Origin: an uncultured bacterium
Lineage (GTDB): Bacteria; Acidobacteriota; Thermoanaerobaculia; Multivoradales; J023
Length of the DNA stretch: 64,000 nucleotides
NCBI GenBank assembly: GCA_965366625.1
Contig: CBDUGP010000024.1
Span: 3,767 to 67,766, forward strand
Direction: 5' to 3'
The position numbers and the translations under genes were made by a program. This document shows, piece by piece, positions 63,035 to 64,000 of this stretch. Below the pieces are notes generated by a model, which saw nothing but the letters and a program-made list of their open reading frames with translations, made no database searches and had not been told where the DNA came from. How positions within the stretch are numbered: position 1 is the first letter of the stretch; the number at the start of each line of letters is the position of its first letter.

Positions 63035-64000
63035 TCAGAAGGCGTAGCGGAGCTGGAGTGCGAGCTGGCGGCCGGGTTCGGGGAATTTGAAGTTGGGGGT
63101 GGGGCCGATGTCTCCGGGCTGGCCGATGGCGGCGGTGGAGTCGCCCGAGCTGGCGGTCAGCTTGTCGGTGAGATTCTTGCCGATCAAGGACAGGGCCCAG
63201 GCCCCGTTTTGTGGCCCGAGGCTGACGGAGGCGTTGACCTTGCCGTAGGCGCTTTGGGTGTCCAGGGGGTCGTTGGCCAGCTTGAAGTGGAAGTCGTCCT
63301 GCCAGTAGTAAAAGATGTCATAACCCGCTTCCCAGGTGCCGAAGGCCGGCAGACCCTGGCCCACCAAGCGGATGTTGAATTGGGTGTCCGGCGCGTAGGC
63401 CAGGGGGGTACCCGCCAGATCCTGCACGTCGGCCACGGTGCCGTCTGCGAAGGTGAAAGGGCGGCAGCCCTGGGCCTCGGTCTGGCCCGAATAACAAGGG
63501 GCGGTGGCGAATTGCTCGAATTCGGCGTCGGTCAAGGCGAGCATGGCTGAAAGTTGGTGATGTTTGCCGAGGCGCAGCACCAGATCGGCTTCGATACCCG
63601 TGGAGTTGGCCTGGGCCGCATTGTTGACGTTTTGGATCACGGTAATCGGGTCGAGGGAGGAAACCTGCACGTCCTCGAAGTCGGTGCTCCAGGCTGCCCA
63701 ATTGAGCTGCACGCGCCCGGCGGATAGGGTGTTCTTGCCGCCGAGTTCGAAATGCACGGTGCTCTCGCCGTCGTATTCCACCAGATTTCGGGTGAGGGCG
63801 GCTTGGGGCACGTAGGTGGGGAATTGGTAGCCACCACTTTTAAAACCCTCGCCATAGGTGGCGTAGTACATGGCGCGATCCGACGGTTGCCAGCGCAGGG
63901 TGACGTTGGGGCTGAAGTCCGACTCGGAGCGATCAAAGAAACCCGAGCTGGTGAATTGAGCCGGGCCGCAGGCGAAATTGATCGGTAGACCCACGCCGTC
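63035..64000 (-). CDS. TonB-dependent receptor, C-terminal part. The gene continues beyond the window.
   Basis: Beta-barrel composition and a terminal '...LQLRYAF'. Confidence 0.7.
   Translation of the reverse strand, partial: DGVGLPINFACGPAQFTSSGFFDRSESDFSPNVTLRWQPSDRAMYYATYGEGFKSGGYQFPTYVPQAALTRNLVEYDGESTVHFELGGKNTLSAGRVQLNWAAWSTDFEDVQVSSLDPITVIQNVNNAAQANSTGIEADLVLRLGKHHQLSAMLALTDAEFEQFATAPCYSGQTEAQGCRPFTFADGTVADVQDLAGTPLAYAPDTQFNIRLVGQGLPAFGTWEAGYDIFYYWQDDFHFKLANDPLDTQSAYGKVNASVSLGPQNGAWALSLIGKNLTDKLTASSGDSTAAIGQPGDIGPTPNFKFPEPGRQLALQLRYAF

Overview
This is a high-GC (~65%) chromosomal segment, most likely from a Proteobacterium. The TetR/MMPL-RND/LolA-like/DUF1302-like cluster, SelO and the multiple TonB-dependent receptors suggest a Gammaproteobacterium, but that is an inference. 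The window is dominated by secreted and outer-membrane proteins.

Supported content, in order:
- A partial vWA-containing protein.
- An M4 (thermolysin-type) secreted metalloprotease.
- A VapBC toxin-antitoxin pair.
- An orphan family-5 solute-binding protein.
- A minus-strand TetR -> MMPL/RND exporter -> LolA-like -> DUF1302-like operon.
- Three TonB-dependent receptors (one partial at the window end) and an orphan TonB.
- A monoheme cytochrome c.
- Two tandem, paralogous ~1870-aa secreted multi-domain proteins whose 3' 1.74 kb are 100% identical at the DNA level.
- A PknK-like STAND Ser/Thr kinase followed by a large hypothetical protein.
- An 80-bp tandem repeat.
- A secreted vWA protein whose 5' end is the insertion point of a ~4.9-kb low-GC islet. 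The islet carries a tyrosine recombinase, a divergent PLP-fold (aminotransferase-like) protein and a pentapeptide-repeat/CHAT-protease protein, and is flanked by imperfect direct repeats of the host gene's 5' end.
- A 4195-aa giant surface protein with proprotein-convertase P-domains, about two dozen SdrD/Cna-B-type repeats and a C-terminal gingipain-like C25 peptidase domain.
- A SAM-dependent methyltransferase, a beta-lactamase-fold serine hydrolase, SelO, a polytopic membrane protein and a bacterial-PH-domain protein.

No rRNA, tRNA, CRISPR array or IS transposase was recognised. The integrase-borne two-gene islet is the best candidate for a previously undescribed (defence-like) system. The tandem giant paralogs and the giant C25-peptidase protein are also notable.
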